Positions 47,818 to 57,010 of a stretch of 59,407 nt of DNA are shown one piece after another. The notes below the pieces were generated by a model, which was not told the DNA's origin, did no database searches, and saw only the letters and a program-made list of their open reading frames with translations. Position 1 is the stretch's first letter. Each line of letters starts with the position of its first letter. The position numbers and the translations under genes are program-made. This DNA comes from Candidatus Omnitrophica bacterium UBA6233 (GTDB lineage Bacteria > Omnitrophota > Gorgyraeia > Gygaellales > Profunditerraquicolaceae): positions 1 through 59,407 of the forward strand of contig DJWJ01000038.1 of NCBI GenBank assembly GCA_002440965.1. The letters run 5' to 3'.

Positions 47818-47880
47818 CTAACACCTCTCTTATAATGAATGACCCTAGAACTGCTACGTCAACTAAAAAATCAAAAACTT

Positions 47881-47996
47881 TAATGCCAAATACCAAAGCG
47901 CAAAATTCAAAATAAATCTAAATGACAAATATTAAATAACAAAACATTAGTTTCGGTATTTGGTATTTGAGCTTTGGATTTTGTCATTTGTCATTA
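47881..47996. repeat. Family-1 palindrome, copy F (116 bp, one arm shortened)
   Basis: TAATGCCAAATACCAAAG...TTTTGTCATTTGTCATTA; AAAAGTA heptamers at 47997-48023. Confidence 0.88.
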
Positions 47997-48022
47997 AAGT
48001 TTTTACTTTTAACTTTTTACTT

Positions 48023-48898
48023 TTATAATAACCCATAATCTCTTAGCGCTTTTCTTAATTTTTCCAGATTTTCAGGCAACATTTCGCACATCGGCAGCCT
48101 TAAATCCGGTTCACACATCCCTAATAACCCCAGCGCTGTCTTTACCGGGATAGGATTAGTTTCAATGAATAAAGCTTTGACTAACGGCAATAATTTATAA
48201 TGCAGCTCCCTGGAGCGCCCGATATCGCCTTTTTCAAAAGCGCCGACTAAATCTGCGACATCCCGGGGGACGATATTGGCAGCTACAGAAATTATCCCTG
48301 TCCCGCCAATACTTAAAACCGGAAGAGTCAAACTGTCATCCCCGGAAATTAATTCGAAATTATCCGGACAAAGCGCTTTTATGCGCGACATCTGATCCAG
48401 GTTTCCCGACGCCTCTTTCACCGCAATAATATTTTTGCAATCATTAGCCAACTTTGCCATTGTTTCCGGCTCAATATTTACTCCGGTCCGTCCGGCAATA
48501 TTATAAAGCACAATCGGTATCTTCACCGATTGGGCGACAGCCTTAAAATGCTCATACAGCCCTCTTTGCGTCGGACGGTTATAATACGGGGATATCTGCA
48601 GAGACGCATTCACACCCGCCTTTACTGCCTGCTTAGTCAAAGCTATTGCCTCTTCGGTCGAATTTGACCCGGTCCCTGCAATTACCGGAACCCTCCCCGC
48701 TACTTGCCCGATAGTTACTTCAATTACTCTTTCGTGTTCTTCAAAAGACAAGGTAGCGGATTCTCCGGTCGAACCGCAAGGAACAATCCCGCTAGATCCA
48801 TTTTTAATCTGAAATTCAATTAACTCCCCAAGCTTCTTTTCGTCAATCCTTCCATTTCTAAAGGGCGTAACAACAGCTACAATAGAGCCTCTAAACAT
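48023..48898 (-). CDS. dapA: 4-hydroxy-tetrahydrodipicolinate synthase
   Basis: GSTGESATL, PYYNRP, LYNIAGRT, VKEASG, ETNPIPVK. Confidence 0.97.
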   Translation of the reverse strand: MFRGSIVAVVTPFRNGRIDEKKLGELIEFQIKNGSSGIVPCGSTGESATLSFEEHERVIEVTIGQVAGRVPVIAGTGSNSTEEAIALTKQAVKAGVNASLQISPYYNRPTQRGLYEHFKAVAQSVKIPIVLYNIAGRTGVNIEPETMAKLANDCKNIIAVKEASGNLDQMSRIKALCPDNFELISGDDSLTLPVLSIGGTGIISVAANIVPRDVADLVGAFEKGDIGRSRELHYKLLPLVKALFIETNPIPVKTALGLLGMCEPDLRLPMCEMLPENLEKLRKALRDYGLL

Positions 48899-49715
48899 AA
48901 TATTCCCCCTTATAAACTATTTCCGCTTTGCCTTCCAGCCAAACATTGCTAAAATTATTTACCTTTTTATCAAAATAAATCCTGAGCATTTCACCGCTTT
49001 GCGTGCGGACGTTTATTCTACGGTGAGTCAGGTCGCCAGTAAGCAGGCCGAAGACCAAAGCCGAAGCGACGCTTCCTGTTCCACAAGCCAGGGTCTCGCC
49101 CTCTACCCCTCTTTCATAGGTCCTTACATTTATTGAATCATTTCCTGCTGCTTCCACAAAATCGACATTTACCCCTTTTGGCGAAAATTCCTTATGATAA
49201 CGAATTTGACTTCCAACAGTTGCCACATCAATCTTATCCAAACCTTCCACGAATATTACCGCGTGCGGAACTCCGGTATTGATAAAATTAATTTCTAGCC
49301 GGCAACCATTTATCAATACAGGAATGCCTAATTTTAAACCGCAAGGAGAAGTAAGTTTTATCCTAACGTTTTCTTTTTTCACCAAGGAATCGAGGATTCC
49401 GGCTTTGGTCTCTATTTTTGGCTTTTGGCTTTTGGCTTTTGGCTTTTGGCTTGATAAATATAAGGCGGCGCAGCGAGCGCCATTTCCGCACATTTCGGCT
49501 TCCGAGCCATCAGCGTTAAAAATACGCATTTTTATATCGGCTTTCTTCGACTTCTCCAAAACAAGCAGGCCGTCTGCGCCTACGCCGTATTTCCGGTTAC
49601 AAATCTTCTCGGCCAAATCACTGAAATTTTTGACTTCTGACTTCTGACTTCTGACTTCAGTAACAACGAAATCATTACCCGTTGCCACCATTTTGGTAAA
49701 TTTTATCTTCTTCAT
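48891..49715 (-). CDS. dapF: Diaminopimelate epimerase with two heptamer-derived insertions
   Basis: GNDF, EMCGNGARC, NTGVPH, ERGVEGETLACGTG. Confidence 0.96.
   Translation of the reverse strand: MKKIKFTKMVATGNDFVVTEVRSQKSEVKNFSDLAEKICNRKYGVGADGLLVLEKSKKADIKMRIFNADGSEAEMCGNGARCAALYLSSQKPKAKSQKPKIETKAGILDSLVKKENVRIKLTSPCGLKLGIPVLINGCRLEINFINTGVPHAVIFVEGLDKIDVATVGSQIRYHKEFSPKGVNVDFVEAAGNDSINVRTYERGVEGETLACGTGSVASALVFGLLTGDLTHRRINVRTQSGEMLRIYFDKKVNNFSNVWLEGKAEIVYKGEYYV
49416..49450. repeat. (TTTTGGC)x5 tandem repeat within dapF
   Basis: Five perfect units; encodes QKPKAKSQKPK. Confidence 0.95.
49631..49658. repeat. (TGACTTC)x4 tandem repeat within dapF
   Basis: Four perfect units; encodes EVRSQKSEV. 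Confidence 0.95.
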
Positions 49716-49716
49716 C

Positions 49717-50985
49717 TTATTGTCCAATTTTACGAGGAATCAATTCGTTATGTACCAAATCCCCGTAAGACTCTCTTTTACGGATTACAAACACCTTATC
49801 TCTATTTACCATTACCTCCTGCGGCCTGCGCCGGGAATTATAATTACTTGCCATACTGAAACCATACGCCCCCGCTCCCATCACCGCCAAACAATCCCCT
49901 TCTTCGACTAAAGGCAAAACCCTGTCTTTAGCGAAGAAATCTCCTGATTCGCAGATTGGCCCAACCACATCCGCCTTTTCCGCTTCACCTTCCTGACCAC
50001 CGCCTTTTATGATGGGGAGCACCTGGTGATACGCCTCATACAACGCCGGCCTAATCAAATCATTCATACCCCCATCTACTATAATGAATTTCTTTTTCGG
50101 CGTATTTTTTACGTAAAGAACCTTGGTTACTAAAATTCCGGCATTGCCTACGATAAACCTACCCGGTTCCATAATTATTTTAAGCCCGGATTTCTTTAGC
50201 AAAGGTAAAATCCTGGCAGCAAATTTATCCGCTGTCTGGGGCGTTTCTCTATCGTAAACAATCCCCAATCCTCCGCCGATATTCAGATATTTTAAAACTA
50301 TTCCCTCGCGCCTAAGGCCCCGGATGAATCCAATTATCTTTGTTATGGCTGCTACAAAAGGCTCGCCCGTAGTAATCTGCGAGCCAATATGGATATGAAG
50401 CCCGGAAATCTCTACATGCGAAAAACCCCTTGTCAATAAAATAATCCGCCTGGCGTTTTCAAAATCTATCCCGAATTTATTGGTAAGCTTGCCGGTCGTA
50501 ATATATTTATGGGTTTTGGGCTCGACATCCGGGTTTATCCGCAAAGCTACTTTTACCCGCTTTTTCAGGCGCCTTGCGATATGCTGGATATTCTTCAACT
50601 CCGGAAAAGACTCAACATTAAAGAACAGAATTCCCGATTTTATCGCCTCTTCAATTTCGTAAGCGGTTTTACCTACTGAAGCATAAACTATCCTTTCCGC
50701 AGGACAACCCGCTTTCTTAGCCCGGAAAAGCTCTCCTCCGGAGACTATATCAAGGCCGGAGCCTTTATCAACCAATGCTTTTAAGATTGCCAGATTGGAA
50801 TTGGCTTTTACCGAATAGCAAATAAGCGGCTTAATGGATTTAAAAGCATCCCTTAGCTTCATAAAATGGCCAATTAAAGTATTATAGCTATAGATATAAA
50901 GCGGGGTTCCAAATCTTTTAGCCAAATCAGCTACCTTTATTTTTTCGCAGTAAAGCCGGTTGCGGATATATTTAAATTCATGCAT
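49717..50985 (-). CDS. lysA: Diaminopimelate decarboxylase
   Basis: YSVKANSN, HIHIGSQ, EPGRFIV, GPICESGD, GAYG. Confidence 0.97.
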   Translation of the reverse strand: MHEFKYIRNRLYCEKIKVADLAKRFGTPLYIYSYNTLIGHFMKLRDAFKSIKPLICYSVKANSNLAILKALVDKGSGLDIVSGGELFRAKKAGCPAERIVYASVGKTAYEIEEAIKSGILFFNVESFPELKNIQHIARRLKKRVKVALRINPDVEPKTHKYITTGKLTNKFGIDFENARRIILLTRGFSHVEISGLHIHIGSQITTGEPFVAAITKIIGFIRGLRREGIVLKYLNIGGGLGIVYDRETPQTADKFAARILPLLKKSGLKIIMEPGRFIVGNAGILVTKVLYVKNTPKKKFIIVDGGMNDLIRPALYEAYHQVLPIIKGGGQEGEAEKADVVGPICESGDFFAKDRVLPLVEEGDCLAVMGAGAYGFSMASNYNSRRRPQEVMVNRDKVFVIRKRESYGDLVHNELIPRKIGQ

Positions 50986-51006
50986 TTATTCTCTTTCTCC
51001 TTTTCG

Positions 51007-52383
51007 TTACTTTAATTCCTTTTGCCACTTATTAAGCTGTCTGGCTACCAGCTTAGGACTGGTTCCGCCAGAAGATGACTTTAGGTTAACCGAAGCAAGG
51101 GCGTTTAAAATTTTCCTAACATCTTTACCGAGTTTTCCGGAATATTTCTTTAATTCGAGTTCGGTTAAACCGGATATTTCCTTTCCCTTGTCTAAACAGT
51201 CCCTAATCATCCTTCCGACAATATCATGGGCCTCTCTGTAAGAAACACCTTTCTTTATCAGATATTCGACAATATCGACCGAAAATAAAGCTTCGTCGGA
51301 TAACCGGCTGTTTACAGCCTCTTTCTTAATTACGATATTTCCAAACAAAGCGACAAAAATCTCTAAAATTCCCTTAACCGTATCTACCGCGTCAAAAAGC
51401 GGCGGCTTATCCAATTGCAGATCCCGGTTATATGAATAAGGCAGCCCTTTCATCAAAGTTAACACGTTTAAAAGATCACCCTGAATTTTACCGACTGAAC
51501 CCCGAATCAATTCCAATATATCAGGATTCTTTTTATGCGGCATAATACTGGAACCGGTGCAAAAAGAAAAATCAATATCGATGAAGTTAAATTCCTTTGT
51601 CGACCATAAAATAAAATCCTCGGCCATCCTTGAAAGATGCACTGAAAGAATCGACAAACTGGCTAGAACCTCGATAATAAAATCCCGGTCACTGACCGAA
51701 TCAATGCTATTCGCGGTTATATTTCTAAAACCTAACTCCTTAGCTACATAATTCCTGTCAATAGGAAGACCGGTTCCGGAAAACGCGCAACTACCTAAAG
51801 GCATAGAATCAAGCCGCATTCTGGCATCGCTTAGCCTTTCCTTATCTCTCTCTAGAGCCTCGATATAAGCCAAGAGATGATGCGCCAGCAATACACACTG
51901 CGCTACTTGTAAATGAGTATAGCCGGGGATGATCGCTTTAGAATTCTTTTTAGCCAGTTCAAGAATCGCCTTTTGCAACTGCGCGATCAACTCATTCAGA
52001 TTATCTATTTCATCCTTAACATACATTTTCATATCCAAAGCTACCTGATCGTTTCTGGATCGGGCAGTGTGCAGCTTGGAGCCGGCATTGCCTATCTTAT
52101 TAGAAAGCGCTTCCTGGATATTGGAATGGATGTCTTCGGCGCCCGCGTCAAACTTAAATTCAGAATTCTTTAACTCCTGCAAAATAGAATTCAAGCCCTT
52201 GACAATCGCAGCGCTATCGAGCTTAGGAATTATTCCCTGCTTCCCCAACATTTTAGCATGGGCTATGCTTCCCAATACATCATACTTGGCTAATCTTTTA
52301 TCAAAAGATATGCTAGAAGTAAATTTATCCGTGAGCGAGTTAGTCTTCTTACTGAACCTGGTTCCCCATAACTTTTTCGCCAT
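51007..52383 (-). CDS. argH: Argininosuccinate lyase
   Basis: EDIHS, LHTARSRNDQ, TGSSIMPHKKNPD. Confidence 0.97.
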   Translation of the reverse strand: MAKKLWGTRFSKKTNSLTDKFTSSISFDKRLAKYDVLGSIAHAKMLGKQGIIPKLDSAAIVKGLNSILQELKNSEFKFDAGAEDIHSNIQEALSNKIGNAGSKLHTARSRNDQVALDMKMYVKDEIDNLNELIAQLQKAILELAKKNSKAIIPGYTHLQVAQCVLLAHHLLAYIEALERDKERLSDARMRLDSMPLGSCAFSGTGLPIDRNYVAKELGFRNITANSIDSVSDRDFIIEVLASLSILSVHLSRMAEDFILWSTKEFNFIDIDFSFCTGSSIMPHKKNPDILELIRGSVGKIQGDLLNVLTLMKGLPYSYNRDLQLDKPPLFDAVDTVKGILEIFVALFGNIVIKKEAVNSRLSDEALFSVDIVEYLIKKGVSYREAHDIVGRMIRDCLDKGKEISGLTELELKKYSGKLGKDVRKILNALASVNLKSSSGGTSPKLVARQLNKWQKELK

Positions 52384-52454
52384 TTTTTCTCCTGTTCTCC
52401 CTGCTTACTACATACTAACTGCTATCTACTCCCTATTATCTCTTATATGGCATT

Positions 52455-52514
52455 CCCCTGAAATAAACCAGTCCCTGGCGTTTTGGTTTATTTCACCCAG
52501 AGCTCTGCGAAGGG
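52455..52514. repeat. TGAAATAAACCA palindrome plus adjacent CAGAGCTCTGCGAAGG motif
   Basis: 12-bp perfect arms 52459-52470 and 52484-52495 in the argG/argH spacer. Confidence 0.75.
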
Positions 52515-52517
52515 AAA

Positions 52518-53699
52518 CTACCTTTTATAGGGCATAGCCCACAGTTTTATAAATCCTTCGGCCAGCTTCTGGTCAAATTTATCCTCTTTGCCATAGGTGC
52601 TAAGTTCTTTCTTATAAAGCGAATTCTTGGATTTTCTGCCCACGGCTACACAATTACCTTTGAATAACTTCAGCCTAACCGAACCGGTGACATTCTTCTG
52701 CGTGGATTTTACAAAACTGTCCAGCGCTTCTTTCAAAGGAGAAAACCAAAGGCCATTATAGACTAATTCCGAATATTTAAGCGATATAATATCTTTAAAA
52801 TGCGCCAATTCCCTATCCAATACAAGCGCCTCTAATTCTTTATGCGCTATATGCAAGATTGTCGCTGCCGGCGCTTCATAAATCTCCCTGGATTTTATCC
52901 CGACTAACCTATTCTCAATCATATCTGACCGGCCTACGCCATGTAACCCGCCTATTTCATTTAAATTATTAATCAGAGTCTTCAATTTACAGGTTTTCCC
53001 GTCAACTTTCTTCGGGACGCCTTTTTCAAAATAAATCTCAATATATTTAGGATAACTTACTTGAGCAGTCGGGCTTTTGGTAATCATATAGGCGTCTTCC
53101 GGAGGCTCCTGAGCCAAATCCTCCAAAACGCCGGCTTCGATACTAATTCCCCAAATATTCCTGTCAATACTATACGGTCTTTTCTTGGTTACATCTATAG
53201 GAATATTGCGCATTTTCGCATATTCTATCTCTTCTTCCCTCGACTTGAATTCCCAAATTCTAACCGGAGCAAGAACTTCTAATCCGGAATCAAGAATGCC
53301 TGCGGCAACTTCAATCCTTACCTGATCATTGCCTTTACCGGTGCAGCCATGGGCCACGGCATCAGCCTTTTCTTTATGGGCTATTCTAACAAGATATTTA
53401 GCAATCAAAGGCCTGCCCAAAGCGGTCGCCAATAAATATTTCCCTTCGTAAACGGCATTTGCCTGCAAACTCGGCAGAACAAACTCTTCCACGAATTCAT
53501 CCTGCAGGTCTTTGATATAAACCTTGCTTGCTCCGGCAGCTAAAGCCCTGGCTTCTATGGCACCCAGATCTTCCCCTTGGCCTAAACCTTGGCCTAAATC
53601 CGCCATAAAACAGATAACCTCATAACCCTTATCTTTTAACCACCTGACTATACAAGATGTATCCAGTCCACCCGAATACGCCAACACTACTTTTTTCAT
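52518..53699 (-). CDS. argG: Argininosuccinate synthase
   Basis: LAYSGGLDTS, HGCTGKGNDQ, ENRLVGIKSREIYE. Confidence 0.98.
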   Translation of the reverse strand: MKKVVLAYSGGLDTSCIVRWLKDKGYEVICFMADLGQGLGQGEDLGAIEARALAAGASKVYIKDLQDEFVEEFVLPSLQANAVYEGKYLLATALGRPLIAKYLVRIAHKEKADAVAHGCTGKGNDQVRIEVAAGILDSGLEVLAPVRIWEFKSREEEIEYAKMRNIPIDVTKKRPYSIDRNIWGISIEAGVLEDLAQEPPEDAYMITKSPTAQVSYPKYIEIYFEKGVPKKVDGKTCKLKTLINNLNEIGGLHGVGRSDMIENRLVGIKSREIYEAPAATILHIAHKELEALVLDRELAHFKDIISLKYSELVYNGLWFSPLKEALDSFVKSTQKNVTGSVRLKLFKGNCVAVGRKSKNSLYKKELSTYGKEDKFDQKLAEGFIKLWAMPYKR

Positions 53700-53703
53700 T
53701 TAA

Positions 53704-54621
53704 TTATCTCCCCAATAATTTTATTAAAACCGCTTTCTGCACATGCATCCTGTTTTCGGCTTCATCAAATACAACCGAATTTCTACTCTCGATTACTTCA
53801 TCGGTTATCTCCTGGCCCCTATGCGCGGGAAGACAGTGCATAATCAAAACACCTCTCTTGGCTAATTTTATCAAATTCATATTTACCTGAAAATCTTCGA
53901 ATACCTCTATTCTTTTCTTGGCTTCATCTTCCTGCCCCATACTTGTCCAGACATCGGTATAAATCACATCCGCATTCTTAACCGCGCTAAATGGGTCATT
54001 AAACACGTTAATCGCGGCTCTCATTGTCTCTGCAACGGCCCTTGAATCTCTTAGAACCGAGGCATCCGGTTCATAACCTTTCGGGCTACCCACATTCATA
54101 TTCACGCCTAATTTTGCGCAAACGAAAAGCAGAGAATTACAAACATTATTGCCATCTCCCACATAGGCCAAAGTAATACCTTTGAGGAATTTTAATTTTT
54201 CCTTTACCGTGTATAAATCAGCCAACGCCTGACACGGATGCGAAAAGTCCGTGAGGCCGTTAATTACCGGTATAGCGGCAAATTTGGCCAACTCTTCGCA
54301 ATTCTTATGCTCAAATGTCCTTAAAACTATTCCGTCGACAAACCTAGAGAGAGTTCTGGCAACATCCGCGATAGATTCCCTAACCCCCAGGCTTATCTCA
54401 CCCGGAGATAGATACAAAGAGCTACCTCCCAATTGAAACATCCCCACCTCAAAAGACACCCTAGTCCTGTTCGAAGGCTTTTGAAAAACAAGCGCGAGGG
54501 TTTTACCGGCTAAAGCCTTATTAAACTTAGCTTTATTTTTCTTTAGTTTATCGGTAAGGCTGAATAATTCTTCGATTTCTTTAGTCGTCAAATCTTTTAT
54601 GGTAAGCAGGTCTTTATTCAT
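53704..54621 (-). CDS. argF: Ornithine carbamoyltransferase (start set at MNKDLL; the longer ORF start lies in a repeat)
   Basis: PSNRTRVSF, HPCQ, GDGNNV, MHCLP, AENR. Confidence 0.96.
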   Translation of the reverse strand: MNKDLLTIKDLTTKEIEELFSLTDKLKKNKAKFNKALAGKTLALVFQKPSNRTRVSFEVGMFQLGGSSLYLSPGEISLGVRESIADVARTLSRFVDGIVLRTFEHKNCEELAKFAAIPVINGLTDFSHPCQALADLYTVKEKLKFLKGITLAYVGDGNNVCNSLLFVCAKLGVNMNVGSPKGYEPDASVLRDSRAVAETMRAAINVFNDPFSAVKNADVIYTDVWTSMGQEDEAKKRIEVFEDFQVNMNLIKLAKRGVLIMHCLPAHRGQEITDEVIESRNSVVFDEAENRMHVQKAVLIKLLGR

Positions 54622-54733
54622 GACAATTCCCAATCTCCAAGTCCCAATGACGAATGAATTTCCAAATCCCAACTTCCAATTGAGGCATTGAGTAATTGGG
54701 ATTTCATTCGACATTGAATCATTGGATATTGAC
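54622..54733. repeat. Family-2 heptamer element (argD/argF junction)
   Basis: CCCAATCTCCAAGTCCCAATGACGAATG...ATTGGGATTTCATTCGACATTG...ATTGGATATTG. Confidence 0.85.
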
Positions 54734-55951
54734 TCCCTTTAAGACTTCATTCAATATAGCTATCGCCTTATCTACTTCTTTTTTCGAAACATTCAACGCC
54801 GGCATAAGCCTCAAAACCTTTGTGTGCGTGCAATTAATCAAAAGCCCTCTCTCGATGCATTTTTCAACAATGGCCTTGCCCTCAATATTCAATTCTACGC
54901 CAACCATTAAACCCAACCCTCTCACTTCTTTTATCACAGAATATTTTCCTTTTAGACCATTCAACTTCGCAACTAAATATTCTCCCATCAAGTTAGCATT
55001 TTTAAGCATTCCTTCTTCTTGTATAGCCTTAAAGACAGCCAGGGCTGCACGGGCTATAACCGGCCCTCCGCCAAAAGTCGAAGCGTGCATTCCCGGACCC
55101 AAAGTATCGGCAATCTCTTTCTTAACCACCATTGCGCCGATAGGCAAACCTCCTCCTAAGGCCTTGGCTAAAGTCATTATATCCGGGGTTACACCGTAAT
55201 GCTGATAAGCGAATAACTTTCCGGTCCGGCCAATTCCGGTTTGGACTTCATCTACAATAAGCAATAACTTCTTTTCGTCGCATAATTTCTTAAGCGCCAA
55301 AACAAAATCTTTACTGGCGACATTTACTCCGCCTTCCCCCTGCACAAGCTCAAGCATTATGGCAACTGTTTTATCATTGACGGCATTTTCGACCGCGGCA
55401 ATATCGTTAAACTTAACGGCCTTAAAACCTTCCGGTATGGGGCTAAAACCCTCCTGATATTTTTTTTGCCCGGTTGCAGCAAGTGCCGCTAATGTCCTTC
55501 CGTGAAATGAATTTTCAAAAGTTATGATTTCGTATCTGCCTTGCCCGATGGTTCGACTAAGCTCACCATCGGCGCTGATTTTAGTCGAAGCGCCGAATTT
55601 TCTAGCCAGCTTAAACGCCCCCTCATTGGCCTCTGCCCCGGAATTACAAAAGAACACCTTGGCAGGATACGACCAATAAACTATCTCCTTGGCTAACTTT
55701 GCCTGCGGAATATGATAATAGTTATTCGGAACAAAAATAAGCTTGGAGACCTGATCCCGCACCGCCTGCATTACCTTGGGATGGCAATGGCCAAGGCTAC
55801 CTACACCCCAGCCCGGAAAGAAATCCAAATATACCTTATTATGGATATCCCAAAGTTTAGAGCCCTTTCCCTTAACGAACACCAGAGGAACTTTAGTGTA
55901 AGTAGGCATTATGTAATCTTTGTAGGCTTGAAAAATATCTTCTAGCTTCAT
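54719..55951 (-). CDS. argD: Acetylornithine aminotransferase with palindromic insertion
   Basis: NSGAEANE, SFHGRT, DEVQTGIGRTG, TLAKALGGG. Confidence 0.96.
   Translation of the reverse strand: MKLEDIFQAYKDYIMPTYTKVPLVFVKGKGSKLWDIHNKVYLDFFPGWGVGSLGHCHPKVMQAVRDQVSKLIFVPNNYYHIPQAKLAKEIVYWSYPAKVFFCNSGAEANEGAFKLARKFGASTKISADGELSRTIGQGRYEIITFENSFHGRTLAALAATGQKKYQEGFSPIPEGFKAVKFNDIAAVENAVNDKTVAIMLELVQGEGGVNVASKDFVLALKKLCDEKKLLLIVDEVQTGIGRTGKLFAYQHYGVTPDIMTLAKALGGGLPIGAMVVKKEIADTLGPGMHASTFGGGPVIARAALAVFKAIQEEGMLKNANLMGEYLVAKLNGLKGKYSVIKEVRGLGLMVGVELNIEGKAIVEKCIERGLLINCTHTKVLRLMPALNVSKKEVDKAIAILNEVLKGVNIQ
55547..55591. repeat. 45-bp TTCGAC/GTCGAA-type palindromic insertion in argD
   Basis: TTCGACTAA (55552-55560) and TTAGTCGAA (55581-55589); encodes ASTKISADGELSRTI. 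Confidence 0.85.
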
Positions 55952-55997
55952 TTTATTTTGGCTAAATTAAGGTAAATATAGGTTAAAACAAAACTGT

Positions 55998-56131
55998 TAA
56001 TGTCAAAGGTCAAAGCCCAAAACTCAAAATAAGCACAAATTACAAATACCCAATATCAAAACCTTGGTTTTGATATTTAACATTTGGATTTTGAATTTAT
56101 TTTGGGCTTTGAATTTTGTCATTTGTCATTA
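55998..56131. repeat. Family-1 palindrome, copy G (argB/argD)
   Basis: TAATGTCAAAGG...AAAACCTTGGTTTT...TTTGTCATTTGTCATTA; shares the AAACTGT flank with copy A. Confidence 0.92.
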
Positions 56132-56143
56132 TTAAATTATCTT

Positions 56144-56998
56144 TCATCGAACAATCTCAGTCCCAATTCCCTTATCCGTAAATATTTCGAGCAGCAGCCC
56201 ATGCGGGATACGCGCATCAATTATATGTGTCTTTTTAACGCCTTTTTCCAAAGCATCGATACAAGCCTGGACTTTAGGAATCATGCCCTGCTGGATAACT
56301 TTCTCTTCAATCAACCCTTTAGCTTCTTGGGTAGTCAAGGTTGAGATAAACGAATGCGGATCGTCAGGGTTACGCAAAATTCCCTTGACGTTAGTCAACA
56401 AAACAAACTTTTCGGCTCCCAGAGAACCGGCGGCGCTGGCAGCTGCTTCATCGGCGTTGACATTATAAGTTTTTTTATCTTTGGAGCTGCCCATGGGAAG
56501 AATGACCGCGATCCTGTCTTTTTTTAATTCTTCCAGGATAATTTCAGAGTTAACCCCGGTAATGTCTCCGACTAACCCCAAATCTACCTTTGCTTTTTTC
56601 TTTTCGGCTTGGATAAGCTGGCCGGCTTTTCCGTTTAGCCCCACGGCCTTTGCACCCAGCTCCGAGATTTCCTTAATGATAATATCATTTAAAGCCTGCA
56701 GTTCCTCTTCTACTACAGCCAAGGTTTCTTCATCAGTTACCCTCATCCCGTCCACAAATTCGGTCTTTTTACCGGAATGCCGCATCCGGTCGCTTATATT
56801 CGGGCCGCCCCCATGGACCAATACGGGTTTTAAGCCCATAAAATTCAGGAAAACAATATCCTCTAAAACTCCTTTACGGATCTTCTCTTCCCCTAAAATG
56901 CTTCCTCCGTATTTTATGACGATTACTTTCTTGTGGAATTTCTTTATATACGGCAGGGCTTCAATTAATACATCCGCCTTTCTGATTGCTTCATCCAT
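56144..56998 (-). CDS. argB: Acetylglutamate kinase
   Basis: IKYGGS, VHGGGP, GMRVTD, NVNAD, GMIPKV. Confidence 0.97.
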   Translation of the reverse strand: MDEAIRKADVLIEALPYIKKFHKKVIVIKYGGSILGEEKIRKGVLEDIVFLNFMGLKPVLVHGGGPNISDRMRHSGKKTEFVDGMRVTDEETLAVVEEELQALNDIIIKEISELGAKAVGLNGKAGQLIQAEKKKAKVDLGLVGDITGVNSEIILEELKKDRIAVILPMGSSKDKKTYNVNADEAAASAAGSLGAEKFVLLTNVKGILRNPDDPHSFISTLTTQEAKGLIEEKVIQQGMIPKVQACIDALEKGVKKTHIIDARIPHGLLLEIFTDKGIGTEIVR

Positions 56999-57010
56999 CT
57001 TTGTCCTCGC

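Noticed and set aside
54622-54714. 31-aa N-terminal extension of ArgF as a real signal peptide
   Set aside because: It is not hydrophobic enough, a good RBS and ATG precede the conserved start, and OTC is cytoplasmic.
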